Shown piece after piece: positions 22,375 to 36,034 of a DNA stretch of 64,000 nucleotides. Location of the stretch: contig NC_043003.1 in the NCBI RefSeq assembly GCF_006345805.1, positions 10,478,001 to 10,542,000 on the forward strand, in the 5' to 3' direction. Position numbers and translations under genes: made by a program. This DNA comes from Octopus sinensis (taxonomy: Eukaryota). Each line of letters begins with the position of its first letter. Within the stretch, counting starts at the first letter, position 1. The notes under the pieces are model-generated. The model had not been told where the DNA came from, made no database searches, and was given only the letters and a program-made list of their open reading frames with translations.

Positions 22375-22657
22375 TAAATATAAGGGTAGCAAAAAAAATT
22401 CTAGAAAAAATTCTCCGCTAGCAGCGGTCTAGTGGGAAAGAAAAGATAGTCAAAGACTATATAATATACATTCAAAAATACAAGGAATGGCCCTACTAGG
22501 CCATTCGACTCACTAGAAAGAGCAGCCAAACTCAAACCGCTAAATAGTTGTAATTCTGAAATTGAAAGAGAAATAAAAACATTTACCCGTTTCATCTCTG
22601 GACTATGCATAGTTTCGACAAACTTTTGTAAACAAATTAATTAAATTAAATTAAATT

Positions 22658-22700
<43 letters not shown>

Positions 22701-23394
22701 ATACGCTTATTTACATACATATATTTATTATATTTATAAACAACGTAGAGAAATAAAAAGAAAGCACATTCTCAGCTTAAACTAAAACCGGAACTTTATG
22801 GAATAGAAAATAGAGCCCCTAACCAACTCCCTAAATAAGAACATCATCTGTAATTATAAAAAAAAATAGTTTGGCATACATATCTAAAATAATATATATA
22901 TACTGCAGGAAATATATAGAAAATTGTTCAGAAAGTGAAATTAGACAATAGATTTTATTGTATGCAAAGACGATAAGGCTTCCGACAGTATATGCAAATT
23001 AATCTAATCGATTAGTGTACGTAGTGGATTGGAGGCAAATAGCGTTGGATTTCAGGAAGATTCAGAATCGGCTTAATTAATATGCTTATCTTAAATTGTA
23101 TTAATTGTAAGATTATGGGGTTAAGCTATTTCCAGCAACAGAAGAATAATGCTATTATTATTACCATCAGTTAGTTTTGGAGCTTCACCCATTTTGATAA
23201 TATCGAATTATTCTTTATATCTAAAAGCCTATGGGTGTTGAGAGCTCTAGAATTTTCTAATTTATATAAGAGTGCAACTGACATGCGTGAGTAGATGCTT
23301 CGGGACTATAAGAAAATACAAATCAGCGACAAAGACGCCATCATTTCTTTTAAAAAAAATGTCAGAGTTCACAGATTCGTTCGTTATCTTTTAT

Positions 23395-23657
23395 TTTTTA
23401 TCTTTTACATATTTCAGTCTTTAGACTGCGGCCATGCTGGGGCAACGCTTTGAAGAATTTATAGTCGGATGTATCGAACCCAGTACATTTGTTTTGAGCT
23501 TGGTACTTTTTCTATCGATATATTTTGCCGAACTGTTAAGTTACGGTGATATAAACACACCAACACCGGTTGTCAAGCGGTGGAGGTGAGGGACAAACAC
23601 AGATACACATACGTACATACATACATACATATACATATATATATACATACATATATA

Positions 23658-23695
<38 letters not shown>

Positions 23696-24090
23696 AAATC
23701 CGTTCTGTGTGTGTGTGTCTTCTGGGATCTCGGGCATCCTTCATCCGATTGCACTCAAATTTCATATGTAGATATCGACGGTATCAGGGCGTGTATAAGT
23801 CTTGAAAAAAATAACAAAAATCGATTCCAGGTGAGAATGCGATCAATAAAGCCGTGGGAACGTGCATTTGACAACTCACCACCGTCCATTGGACGGGGGA
23901 CATTTTGCTCGCATATATATATATATACGACGGGCTTCTTTCAGTTTTCGTCTACCAAATCGACTCACAAAGCTTTGGTCAGTCGGATATTATGGTAAAA
24001 GGCACTTGCCCAAAGTGCCATGCAGTGGGACTGAAGCCGAAACTTTGTGATTGGGAAGCAAGCTTCTTACAACACAGTCACGCCCGCGCC
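23395..24090 (-). mobile_element. SINE family A split in its microsatellite by a Helitron-like insert (~23690-23910)
   Basis: 3' half at 23395-23610 and 5' half at 23915-24090. The insert has a subterminal hairpin ccgtccattggacgg. Confidence 0.7.
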
Positions 24091-24104
24091 AATCTGTGAT
24101 CTCG

Positions 24105-24430
24105 ACGATTTGGATGGTAAGAGGTTTGCTTTCCAGCCACATGGTTCTGGGTTCAGTCCCACTGCGTGGCACCTAGGGCAAGTGTCTTCTACTATAGTCT
24201 CAGGCCGATCAAAGCCTTATGAGTGGATTTGGTAGATGGAAAATGGAAGAATATATGCGTGCGTGTCTTTGTGTCTGGGTTTGTTCACCAACACCGCTTG
24301 TGTTTACGTACCCATAACCGAGCGGCTCGGCAAGAGAGATCGATAGAATAAGTACTGGGCTTAAACAATGTACTGGGGTCGATTAATTCAAGTATGGTCG
24401 CAATCTAATGACTGAAACAAGCGAAAGATA
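24105..24430 (+). mobile_element. SINE family A
   Basis: gggttcagtcccactgcgtggcacctagggcaagtg...gatagaataagtactgggc. Confidence 0.8.
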
Positions 24431-25266
24431 AAATATGTGTATTCTAGATGTACTTGAAGATACATCTATTACAATAGATACAGGCACAAAGATGGTATAT
24501 CGGTTATATCCCAGTATCTACGGGTATGCATTGTATACTCTTATCCTCCTCCTCATCATCATCGTGGACAATAGTGTCTCAAATACGAAGACTAATAGGA
24601 CTGGTTACTCGGTTTCCATGGTGTATAAGCGACCGTGGTCACAATATTTCCCTTGAACGGGTTCGTCATTTATAGATGTGTATACTGGAGCTTTGGAAAA
24701 TGAATAGTTTTGCTCAAGATCACCACGCACCGCCCGGTCCGAGAGTCGAAAGCACGATCTTGCGATCGCGAATGCCTGAATGCAACGCCCTAACCACTAG
24801 GCCATGCACATTCACTATTGTATAATTTTGGAGATGTTAATACGAATTAATGTTTATCGCTCATTCAACATTATTGTTACTGCCATTTTAACCCCTTGGG
24901 AGGACGCCGCCTCCAGCAGGTTATTCAATGCACGGAACAGTCTTGATGAAGGGGCTGATAAACATTATTTCTCAGCATAGTTACTATTTTCATCTCTTAT
25001 AGGGATTTTCTGTGTTAATAAGGTTTTCTCTAATTAGAGAAAGCTAATTAACGTCTTCTATAGCTTCAGCCTAAAATTAACTACCAAAACGAAATTATGT
25101 GTAGCAAATCCCTTGCTCTAAACAGAACGCTAAATACGTACAAGTCATATAGAAAGCTTCATGAAAACTTCACATATTAACGAGAATCCTACTTGCTACC
25201 CATGGTTTTCAAAGACTTTACTGTTAATATCTATAGAAAATCTCTAACCTCTCACTGAATGGATGG

Positions 25267-25647
25267 AAGCACTCCGTCGGTTACGACGACGAGGGTTCCG
25301 GTTGATCCGAATCAACGGAACAGCCTGCTCGTGAAATTAACGTGTAAGTGGCTGAGCACTCCACAGACACGTGTACCCTTAACGTAGTTCTCGGGGATAT
25401 TCAGCGTGACACAGAGAGAGTGACAAGGCCGGCCCTTTGAAATACAGGTACAACAGAAACAGGAAGAAAGAGTGAGAGAAAGTTGTGGTGAAAGAGTACA
25501 GCAGGGATCACCACCATCCCTGCCGGAGCTTCGTGGAGCTTTTAGGTGTTTTCGCTCAATAAACTCACAACGCCCGGTCTGGGAATCGAAACCGCGATCC
25601 TACGACCGCGAGTCCGATGCCCTAACCACTGGGCCATTGCGCCTCCA
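25267..25647 (-). mobile_element. SINE family C, full length, TSD ctcactgaat
   Basis: Near-identical to 18278-18657; direct repeat on both flanks. Confidence 0.9.
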
Positions 25648-26139
25648 CTTCTCACTGAATAAAGCAAACGTAAACAGCGCGACGTAACTTCAAGTACAAT
25701 AAAACAGTTGAAGCTTGTGTTTTCAAGGTTGAGAACGCTTATACCCTTCAATTTCCAGACCATCCTATATCAATAATAGACACCATTGTATTAACTGGTT
25801 CACACAGATCTTGAGTCTAGTATTGAAAAACATTCCTGGCTTTAATAAATAAACATTTCCCAAATAAGCATTAATGCAGAAAAATATTCAATAGAAATAA
25901 CTTTAAGCCGAGTTTCAGTGGTATAGCATTATAAAAAGGTAAGCAATGTTGAAGTGTTTATCTACAAAGCAGAACTCAGTTCCATTATACCAAACCATTG
26001 TGTGTAAATATTGTTTGTAGGGAGGAATGTAAATTCTGGCAAACTCGCTTCGAGCATATTTCTTTCTTCAGAAATATAGAATAGAGAAAAACAATAAATC
26101 AATCCAATTGCATTTGATAAAACTGAAATAATATGCTAC

Positions 26140-26335
26140 TGCATTCGGCATTAAGCACAAGGTCTTCGAGAGAAGGAAACCATATGGAAACAGTACAAAA
26201 CGCTGTGGTATACGTATAGCTGTAAAAAGCGTCATGCTCAAGAGAATCAATAAATCCTCAGACTATTTTGATATTAGATCAGAGAACTTGGTCAAATGTC
26301 ACCACTTCGATGAATATCTACTGAATTACGAGATT
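26140..26335 (+). mobile_element. Penelope-like element ORF C-terminal fragment
   Basis: Open frame KPYGNSTKRCGIRIAVK...DIRSENLVKCHHFDEYLL resembles the PLE GIY-YIG C-terminal PY..C.LC..EK...N.RSE...C.H...LL pattern. Confidence 0.5.
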
Positions 26336-27032
26336 ATACCACCGATTGAGCGAACGGATTAATACTTATTTACAGGGAGGAATCCCACGGTTATTTTTTC
26401 ATCCTCAGTTTAACCCAAAAGGAGACGCTCCAAAGTCGAGAGGCGTTAAATCCAACCAATAACTCACTCATTGAAACTTGCATAACTTTAAAGGTTACTA
26501 TACTTTAACAGATAGCTGTTTGTTAACAGCCCCTACAAAATTAGTCATAATTCATGTTCTTACTTTTTATCATTTTTATGGAAACGAACCAACGGAAAAC
26601 CCCAAAATCTGCGGCAGTTTCCTACATTGCAAAAGGTTTCTTAACTAAAAAAGAAATCAAATGATCAATGCTAAAATTATAAAGGACATTTAAGTTTAAC
26701 CCAACTTAGATAGACGAACGATTTACTACATTCATATTCGCATTCGTCCTCTGATTGCGGCTTATTCACAAATTCAACCCTACAGCTGTATTTACTGTAA
26801 GAAACACAATAAATTGATATATGTAACAACTATAACAAAATACATATTCAAGTTCAATTGGATTTCAATCGGTGTGTGTATGCGTATTGGTCCAGCCCAT
26901 AAATAATGCGGGTTTTTTTCGGTTGTATGAACTAAAAGTCGGAGGGGAACAGGATAAACTACCTGCATCAACTTGCTATAAGAGCAGGTAGTAATTTTAC
27001 CTTATCCTTATTCTTAGTGTAAGTTTTGAAGA

Positions 27033-28020
27033 GTGCAGTTCGATTTTAACAGTTATTTTTTCAAAGCTATAATGGAAGTGACAAAGGAGCATAATCGGCA
27101 TATTTTGCTTTATGAGTTTAATAAAGGCAACAACGCAAAGGAAAGTGTGAGGAATATTAATGCAGTATATGGGAATCAGACAATAAGCGTAAGCCAGTGT
27201 CAATGGTGGTTCCAGAAATTCCGAGCCGGAGACTACAGCCTAGAAGATGAGCCTCGTTCTGGAAGATCTGTAGGGCTCGACGAGGACGTCCTACAAACCC
27301 TGGTGGAACAAAATCCCATCTTAACTATTGAGAAACTAGCAGAGAAGCTTGGATTTGGTCTTTCAATCATTCATCGACACCTGCGTGCCGTCCGAAAATT
27401 GGGTGAATGGGTTCCTCACATACTTTCCGAGTCTAATTGCGTGCAGAGAGTGAATGTGTGCTCTTCTTTCCTTGTTTGGACCGAATAGTGACTGGTGATG
27501 AGAAATGGAGTCTATAAAAATATCAAGCGCCGTAGACAGTGGATAGGGAAAAGAGAAACTTCGGCACCCCGAGCTAAAGAAAGTCTTCATCCTTGTAAGG
27601 TGTTGTTATCAGTTTGGTGGGATATGAAAGGTTTAATCTACTTTGAACTTTTAAACCCAAACCAAACGATAACAAAGGCTTAAGTTAGCGCTAGAAGAAA
27701 AATGACCATCTTTGGTTTGAAGATGAATGATCTTCCATCAGGATAACGCCCGGCTACATACAGCAAGGATGACGTTCCAAAGGCTGGAGATGTTTGAATG
27801 GGAAACGATACCTCACCCCCTATATTCGCTGAACATTGCCCCATTTGATTATCATTTATTCCACAGTCTTCAATAGTAATTCTGTAGATAAGGTCACAAC
27901 AGTACAGGAGGAATATTTTTCGTCACAGGCAAGTGAATTTAGGAAGAGGGGCCTTCGAAGTCTACCAAATAAATGGAAGAGCATTGTAGAAATTGAAAGA
28001 GAGAATATTCTAGATTATTT
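27033..28020 (+). mobile_element. Degenerate mariner transposase
   Basis: LLYEFNKG...WFQKFRAGDYSLEDEPRSGR...WVPH...VTGDEK...VLLSVWWD...HQDNARLH...DYHLF, with stops and frameshifts. TIRs not identified. Confidence 0.9.
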
Positions 28021-28380
28021 ATGGCATTGTTTATGGTATAACCCAGTGTATATATATATATATATATATATGCGGTTTAAGTAATTGAGATTCAAGTGAA
28101 TTCTAATGAATTCACATGAATATGGTCCTTAACTAGGATGCACCGGAAATCTATATGGTGTTAACCATACGACAAGTGGGGTGATTACAAATAGGAAAAA
28201 AGCAACAAGAATGGATTAAAATCTCAGTACAATTATTTCGTACGAGGACATCTTTAATAAGCTACAAAAAATGCAATAAATACAGATGGCTCGTACTCGT
28301 CAGCCGAAAAAACATCAGAGAATTCCAAAACATCAAAAGGGGTAGATACAAAAGAGGGTGTAAGATTAACTGCATTGAAG

Positions 28381-29205
28381 AAAGTTCGATTCCTGGAGAT
28401 CCGATGAAAGGTCTTAAACTTACAGAATTTGTGCATGTCTACATATAGCTCATATTGAATTGCTAATCAAGTTATGTGAAGAAATTTCGGATACAGTCAT
28501 GCAAAATTTCTGAAAATCCGAGTAAGAAGCAAAGTGACTGTCATATCGTGTAGAGGAAAATCTGAGTAAGAAGCAAAATGACTGTCATATCGTGTAGAGG
28601 AACAGATTGTTATTGAAATTTACAAGAATCGCAGATAAGTTCGATTCTTGGAGATCCGATAAAAAGTCTTGAACTTACAGAATATGTGCATGTCCTTATA
28701 GTTCATAATCCAGTTATGTGAAGAAATTTTGGGTACAATCATGCGAAAATATCAGGGAATCCGAATGAGAAGCAAAATGACAGTCTTATTCTGTAGAGGG
28801 GCAGATTGTTATTGAAATTTACAAGAATCACAGAGGGAGGAGGAAGGAAGTAGAATTTAATCAGTTACTGCTATTAATGCTATCAAAGAGAAGGGAACGG
28901 GAAGCTAAGGGGATGGACACAAGTTGATACTATAAGAAAATTTAAGCTTGTTTGGTGCAAAATTCGAACTGAGGTCAACAATTTATTTCTTTATTTATAA
29001 ATGTTACTATTAATAAATAAATAAAGAAAGAAAGAAAGAAATTGACAGTCACTTTGCTTCTTACTCGGATTTTCAGAAATTTCGCATGACTGTATCCGAA
29101 ATTTCTTCACATAACTTGATTAGCAATTCAATATGAGCTATATGTAGACATGCACAAATTCTGTAAGTTTAAGACCTTTCATCGGATCTCCAGGAATCGA
29201 ACTTT
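28381..29205. repeat. 163-bp inverted repeat (1 mismatch) enclosing degenerate tandem copies of the same unit
   Basis: 28381-28543 is the reverse complement of 29043-29205. Diverged direct copies lie at about 28561-28830. Confidence 0.85.
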
Positions 29206-29324
29206 ATATCGTCTATTTGTCCGGATGTTTTGTTGTCCTCTATTGCGTTTTTGTTCCATTTATGTGCGTGTGTGTGTGTGTATATGTGTGTGTGTATATA
29301 TATATATATATACACACACACACG

Positions 29325-29691
29325 CATGATGATTCAAAAGTCTCCATACATAGGAAAACTTTATTTTTTTTTATAAGAGACAGTTTATAAGATCCCCTGA
29401 TCTGACCCCTCTTGATTTCTATCTTTGGGGGCATCTGAAAGGCATGGTGTATCGCGGAAAGATAAAAGACATAAATCATATGAAGGAAAGCATCACCGAC
29501 TCCTTTGCACACGTATCACCAGATGTGATATCACGAGTTCACAATGAGTTGGATAAACGTATTGCAATGTGGATTCAAAACAATGGTAACCATACAGAAA
29601 GCCTGTTAAATGAATATATAAAAACTGTTCTTATAAACTGTTTCGTATAAAAAGATAAATTGTTCGTACGTATGGTGAATTTTGAATCACC

Positions 29692-29695
<4 letters not shown>
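29325..29695 (+). mobile_element. Internally deleted Tc1/mariner element with ~70-bp TIRs
   Basis: SPDLTPLDFYLWGHLKGMVY...KRIAMWIQNNGNH. Ends gatgattcaaaa... / ...ttttgaatcaccctgta. Confidence 0.82.
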
Positions 29696-29728
<33 letters not shown>

Positions 29729-29733
<5 letters not shown>

Positions 29734-31068
29734 AAGAAAGGGTAGTAATATTATTTACTACCAGGTGCCCAGCACAAAAGACGAATTAGTCATAAGACAA
29801 AAATATTATTCATATAGAAAAATATTATTCATGTAGTTATACAATTAAGGGCTCCTAAATAAAGATGCCGAGTGCTGGGAACCCAAAAAGGGGATGAATT
29901 TATCGAGAGTGAAAATCAAAAACGTTTACCGATAACTTAACAACTCGTACCGCGGTTTCTGCTTCTTTCTAGCAAAACACAGAAATGTTGCTAAGGCCAG
30001 CTTCATCAGCGAGTCGCCTGAATTTAATCGAGGTCTGCAGCGATGTGGGACTATATGTTACACCCGACTACTAGCAGATCTTAACATTTCAAGTCTCTGC
30101 GCAGACGCAAAATTTACACGGGCATGCCGGGAAGAATTTTACGAATAAATTCATCATGTAGTATGCGAATATAAACAAGAAGGGTAGTAATATTATTTCC
30201 TACCAGGTGCCCAGCACAAAAGACGAATTAGTCATAAGACAAAAATATTATTCATATAGAAAAATATTATTCATGTAGTTATACAATTAAGGGCTCCTAA
30301 ATAAAGATGCCGAGTGCTGGGAACACAAAAAGGGGATGAATTTATCGAGAGTGAAAATCAAAAACGTTTACCGATAACTTTAACAACTCGTACCGCGGTT
30401 TCTGCTTCTTTCTAGCAAAACACAGAATATGTTTGCTAAGGCCAGCTTCATCAGCGAGTCGCCTGAATTAATCGAGGTCTGCAGCGATGTGGGACTATAT
30501 GTTACACCGACTACTACAGATCTTAACATTTCAAGTCTCTGCGCAGACGCAAAATTTACACGGGCAATGCCGGGAAGAATTTTACGAATAAATTCATCAT
30601 GTAGTATGCGAATATAAACAAAAGGTGAGTAATATTATTTACTACCAGGTGCCCAGCACAAAAGACGAATAGTCATAAGACAAAAATATTATTCATATAG
30701 AAAAATATAATTCATGTAGTTATACAATTAAGGCTCCTAAATAACGATGCCGAGTGCTGGGAACACAAAAAGGGGATGAATTTATCGAGAGTGAAAATCA
30801 AAAACGTTTACCGATAACTTTAACAACTCGTACCGCGGTTTCTGCTTCTTTCTAAGCAAACACAGAATATGTTTGCTAATGGCCAGCTTCATCAGATGAA
30901 GCTGGCCTTAGCAAACATATTCTGTGTTTTGCTAGAAGAAGAAGCAGAAACCGCGGTACGAGTTGTTAAAGTTATCGGTAACGTTTTTGATTTTCACTCT
31001 CGATAAATTCATCCCCTTTTTGTGTTCCCAGCACTCGGCATCTTTATTTAGGAGCCCTTAATTGTATA
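29729..31068. repeat. ~443-bp tandem repeat (2.6 copies) ending in a fold-back at ~30895
   Basis: Units start at about 29729, 30171 and 30615. After gcttcatc-a-gatgaagc the sequence runs back in reverse complement for ~170 bp. Confidence 0.9.
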
Positions 31069-31081
31069 TATATATATATAT

Positions 31082-31372
31082 GCGCAGGAGTGGCTGGGTG
31101 GTAAGTAGCTTGCTAACCAACCACATGGTTCCGGGTTCAGTCCCACTGCGTGGCATCTTGGGTGAGTGTCTTCTGCTATAGCCCCGGGCCGACCAATGCC
31201 TTGTGAGTGGATTTGGTAGACGGAAACTGAAAGAAGCCTGTGTTCGGCAAAAGAGACTGATAGAATAAGTACTGGGCTTACAAAGAATAAGTCCCGGGGT
31301 CGATTTGCTCGACTAAAGGCGCTGCCCCAGCATGGCCGCAGTCAAATGACTGAAACAAGTAAAAGAGAAAAG
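31082..31372 (+). mobile_element. SINE family A lacking the internal microsatellite segment
   Basis: gcaggagtggctgggtgg...gaagcctgt|gttcggcaaaag...gactgaaacaagtaaaagag. Confidence 0.85.
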
Positions 31373-31526
31373 ATATATATATATATATATATGATTATAA
31401 AAGGAAGATACGATATAAACAGTTTAACCATACATGCCACATTGCTACCATTATGATAATATATAAGAATCCGATGAATAGTAGTGCTGTTCTATGTGGT
31501 TGATTTACAAACTTTGTTTGTAGAAC

Positions 31527-31642
31527 GAAACGAGGGTCCCAGCTCGGAACGAGGGTCCCAGCTCGAAACGAAGCGTCCCAGCTCGAAACGAGGGTCCCAG
31601 CTCGAAACGAGGGTCCCAGCTCGGAACGAGGGTCCCAGCACG
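31527..31642 (+). repeat. 19-bp minisatellite x6 (gaaacgagggtcccagctc)
   Basis: Head-to-tail copies with no spacers. Confidence 0.9.
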
Positions 31643-31714
31643 AAAAGTTAGGCTGCCTTTTTTCGGCATGATAAAATTAATTTACTCCACGCTGCAAACA
31701 ACTTTTATTACCAA

Positions 31715-32215
31715 CTAGCAGTATCGCCCGGCGTTGCTCGGGTTTGTAAGGGAAATAACTATATAAGCATTTTTAGAGAGTTATAGTAAAAAAAATAGCA
31801 AAAAATGCATTAAAAATGGAAAAAAAATGATGGTAAATTTTTTTTTAAATTGTTGACTCATCGTAGACATTTTTAGAGAGTTACTTCCCTTTTTTTAATA
31901 GCGAAAAAATGCATTAAAATGGAAAAAAATGATGGTAAATTTTTTTTTAAATTGTTGACTCATCGTAGACATTTTTAGAGAGTTACTTCCCTTTTTTTAA
32001 TAGCGAAAAAATGCATTAAAATGGAAAAAAATGATGGTAAATTTTTTCTTAAATCGTAGACTCATCGTAGACGCGCGCTAATACCCAGAATGGCTCGATA
32101 TGAATCACGACTATAAGATACCCGCTTTTGGTTAAACTGCACCGCAAAATGTGGGAGTAGTTAGGAATCTAAATCGTAGGAGACAGACACACAACCTCTC
32201 TTTTATATATAAAGA
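31715..32215 (-). mobile_element. Non-autonomous Helitron with three internal ~88-bp repeats
   Basis: On minus: A|TC...cccgagcaacgccggg hairpin...CTAG|T. Confidence 0.85.
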
Positions 32216-32529
32216 TATTTCATAAATATTTTTTATCGAACACTAAAAATCTCAATGCAAACTTCACAGGGATATTATTGAAGAGTAATTGATACATTTA
32301 ATCCTGTAAAAACAAAACCTCCCTGGCCAACCACTTCCGCCAAACTCCACCACGCCAATTGTTTTAAATATTGATTCTAAGACGAATATTAGAATTGTTT
32401 GGAAGAAAGAGAAAACGAGGAGTATCCATGTGAATTTTTTCTTATGATTGTTTTGTATTTGTTTTACGTTCTCTTTGATTTTGTTATCTATTTGTTTTGT
32501 ATTTGGTTTCGTGTGTAAAAATATATGAA

Positions 32530-32530
32530 T

Positions 32531-32605
<75 letters not shown>

Positions 32606-33244
32606 CGTATATGATGGGTTTTTCAATGTTTCATCTTTTCATCTACATGTTTAATTATTTTACCTTTTTAATGTGTATATATATATGTGTCGGGGTGGGA
32701 CGGTGTATACGTCTGTACTCTTGTGTATGTATATATATATATATGTATGTATATGTATGTATGTATATGTATGTATGTATGTATGTAATGTATGTATGTA
32801 TATGTATATAGTTGTATGTATATGTATGTAGTATATATATGTATGTATGTATATATAGTATGTATGTTATATATGTATGTATGTAATATGTATGTAGTAT
32901 TTATATATATGTATAGTATGTATGTATGTATATATATGTATATATATGTATGTATGTATTATATGTATGTATGTATATATATGTATGTATGTATATATAT
33001 GTATGTATGTATATATATGTATATATATGTATGTATGTATATATATGTATATATATGTATGTATGTATATATATGTATGTATGTATATATATGTATGTAT
33101 GTATATATATATGTATATGTATATATATATGTGTGTATAGATATATATATAATGTATATATATATGTGTGTGTATAGATATGTATAGATATATATAATGT
33201 ATATGTATATATATATGTATGTATATATTATGTTTGTGTATATA

Positions 33245-33281
<37 letters not shown>

Positions 33282-34960
33282 GTACGTATGTATACACGCT
33301 TATACCTATGTATACACGCTTGTATGTATGTACGTACGTACGTATGTATGTACGTAAGTATGTATACACGCTTGTATGTATGTATGCATGTACGTACGTA
33401 TGTGCGTATGTATGTATGTATGTATGTATGTGCGTGTGTATGTGCGTATGTATGTGCGTGTATGTGCGTATGTATGTATGTGTGTATGTGTGTATGTATG
33501 TATGTGCGTGTGTATGTGCGTATGTATGTGCGTGTGTATGTGCGTATGTATGTGCGTATGTATGTGCGTATGTATGTGCGTACGTATGTATGTATGTATG
33601 TATGTATGTGCGTAAGTATGTATACACGCTTGTATGTATGTAGAGTTTAATTGATTCGCATTGGTCTCATATTTTGGAATTTTTTTCTCATTTTCGTGTT
33701 TTGTCCTTTTTCTTTTTTTTTTTTGTTTTTGTTCGTTGTGATGTTCTATTATCATCAATTCTTTTTTCTTCTTTCTCTACTTTTTCTTCTCTCTCTTATT
33801 TTTCTCTTCTTTTTCTTCTCTCTCTCTCTCTTCTTTTCCTCTTCTTTCTCTTTTTCTTCTCTCTTCTCTTTCTCTTTTTTCTTTTTCCTTCTCTCCTTTT
33901 TCTTCTCTCCTTTTCCTCTTCCTCTTTCTTTTCTTTTCTTCTCTCTCTCTTCTCTTTCTTTTCTTCTTCTACCCCTTCTTTTTCTTCTCTCTTTTCCTCT
34001 TCTTCTCTCTCTTCTTTTCCTCTTCTCTTCCTTCTTTTCTTTTTCTTCTCTCTCTTTTCTCTTTCTTTTCTTTCTTCTTCTACTCCTTTTTCTTCTCTCT
34101 CTCTCTCTTCTTTTCCTCTTCTTTCTCTTTTTCTTCTCTCTTCTCTTTCTCTTTTTTTTTTTCCTTCTCTCCTTTTTCTCTCTCCTTTTCCTCTTCCTCT
34201 TTCTTTTCTTTTTTCTCTCTCTCTTCTCTTCTTTTTCTTTCGTCTTCTTCTACCCTCCCTTTTTCTTCTCTCTCTTCCTCTCTTCTTCTCTCTCTTCTTC
34301 CTCTTCTCTTTTCTCTTCCTTCTTTTCTTTTTCTTCTCTCTCTTTCTCTTTCTTTTCTTCTTCTTCTACTCCTTTTTCTTCTCTCTCTCTCTCTTCTTTT
34401 CCTCTTCTTTTCATGATTTTAATTATAGTTTATATATACATATATATTCATTTTGCTATGGTTTTCATTGTTTTCTTTATCTCTTATGCTAGAATCTACT
34501 TTTAAGCGTCATACAGTGTAACATCGCACGCATAGAGTGATACTTATGCACAAAGACATACACTCACACTCACACTCACACACACTCACACGCACGAACG
34601 CGCACACACACACAAAAGCACATAGGTACATTCATACGTGCCCGCATATAGGAGTTTGTGTGTGTATATAAAGTCTATGGATATATGTTTATTTATGTCT
34701 GTGTGTGTGTGGTGTATAAAGGAGAGTGATGATGATGATGGGTGAGTAAGAGGAGGAAGAGGGGGGAGGGGGAGGGAGAGGAAGAGAAGGACGAGGGGGA
34801 GGAGGAGGGGAAGAAGGGGAGAGAGATGAGGAGGGGAGGAGGAGAGGAAGAGAAGAAGAAAAAGAGGAAGAGGAAGAAGATAAAGAAGAAGATGATGAAG
34901 AAGAAGAATGAGGAGTAGGAGAAGAAGAAGAAGAAGAAGAAGTAGAAGACCAGTAACATT
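32530..34960. repeat. Compound microsatellite and low-complexity block: (TG)n, (TATG)n, CT-rich, GA-rich
   Basis: Direct inspection. Confidence 0.95.
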
Positions 34961-35029
34961 GTTGGGATCAGTTGTGAGAAAAGTGGAAGAGTAGAATCGT
35001 AGATTGGGCAAAATGTTGATAGTATGTTC

Positions 35030-35355
35030 TTTTCTACTCTAGGCACAAGGTCCGAAATTTGAAGGGAGGGGGCTAGTTGATTAGATCGACCCCAGTACGT
35101 AACTGGTACTTAGTTTAACGACCTCGAAAGGATAAAAGACAAAATCGATCTCGGCGGAATCTGAACTCAGGCGAAATACCTATTTCTTTACTATTCACAA
35201 GGGGCTAAACATAGAGGGGACAAACAAGGACAGACAAAGAGAGTAAGTCGATTACATGGACCCCAGTGCGTAACTGGTACTTAATTTATCGACCCTGAAA
35301 GGATGAAAGACAAAGTCGACCTCGGCGGAATTTGAACTCAGAACGTAACGGCAGA
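35030..35355 (-). mobile_element. SINE family B composite: Tx1-tailed body joined to an older-tailed body
   Basis: ...gtaaagaaatag|gtatttcgcctgagttc... The second body ends ctagcccctcccttcaaatttcggaccttgtgcc. Confidence 0.8.
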
Positions 35356-36034
35356 CGTTACATCTTTTTTAAATGTGTGCAGTGAACCATAATGAAATTC
35401 TACCCCTCCATAACCCCATCACTTCTTTCAAACTCTTAAAAGTAGAAGTTTTATTACGAAGTGGTTGTGACATTAATGTTATTATGCATTTTAAGAACAA
35501 GTTGCAAATTTGCGATAATTCTTTGGGAGTGAACTGAAGTGAAACTAGTGGCCAAGTTTTGTTTGAGTTATATATAGAATCTTACGATAAGGTTGAAGTT
35601 TCGGGATGAAAATGTTTGTCAATTTAAAGATATACCTCGGAAGGGAATCTGCTCTGCGGAGTTCGATCTCCGCCATGATAATGGATTTTCATTTTGAAAA
35701 GTACAAATGATCAAATAATGAATGTGGTATATTGATCTAATTAAAAAGTCAGATTTAAAACTTACAATAAATATGAATCTAAGTATAGTCAGTGTTTTTT
35801 TTTAGATAACTTTAAAGTACTGATAAACACGGCCGTTATAATACACGTAACGAGAAATCATAATACGTAAGTATAATTCCAAGTATAACCAAACAATGCT
35901 GCAAAAAATATTAGTAATCTCACCCCATTGTTGAGAAGTCTTTTAATCACGTTGTTCTTTACGATATAGTTACTTTGAAATGAAGGTGATTTCAAAGGTA
36001 GCATATTTTGTTATTTTGTTTGGTATCAAATTTT

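Noticed and set aside
31527-31642. Short regular repeats that might suggest CRISPR
   Set aside because: No unique spacers, no cas genes, and a eukaryotic context; it is a plain minisatellite.
33651-35046. F/L/S-rich ORFs resembling membrane proteins
   Set aside because: CT-rich low-complexity DNA, open in multiple frames, with no domain signal.
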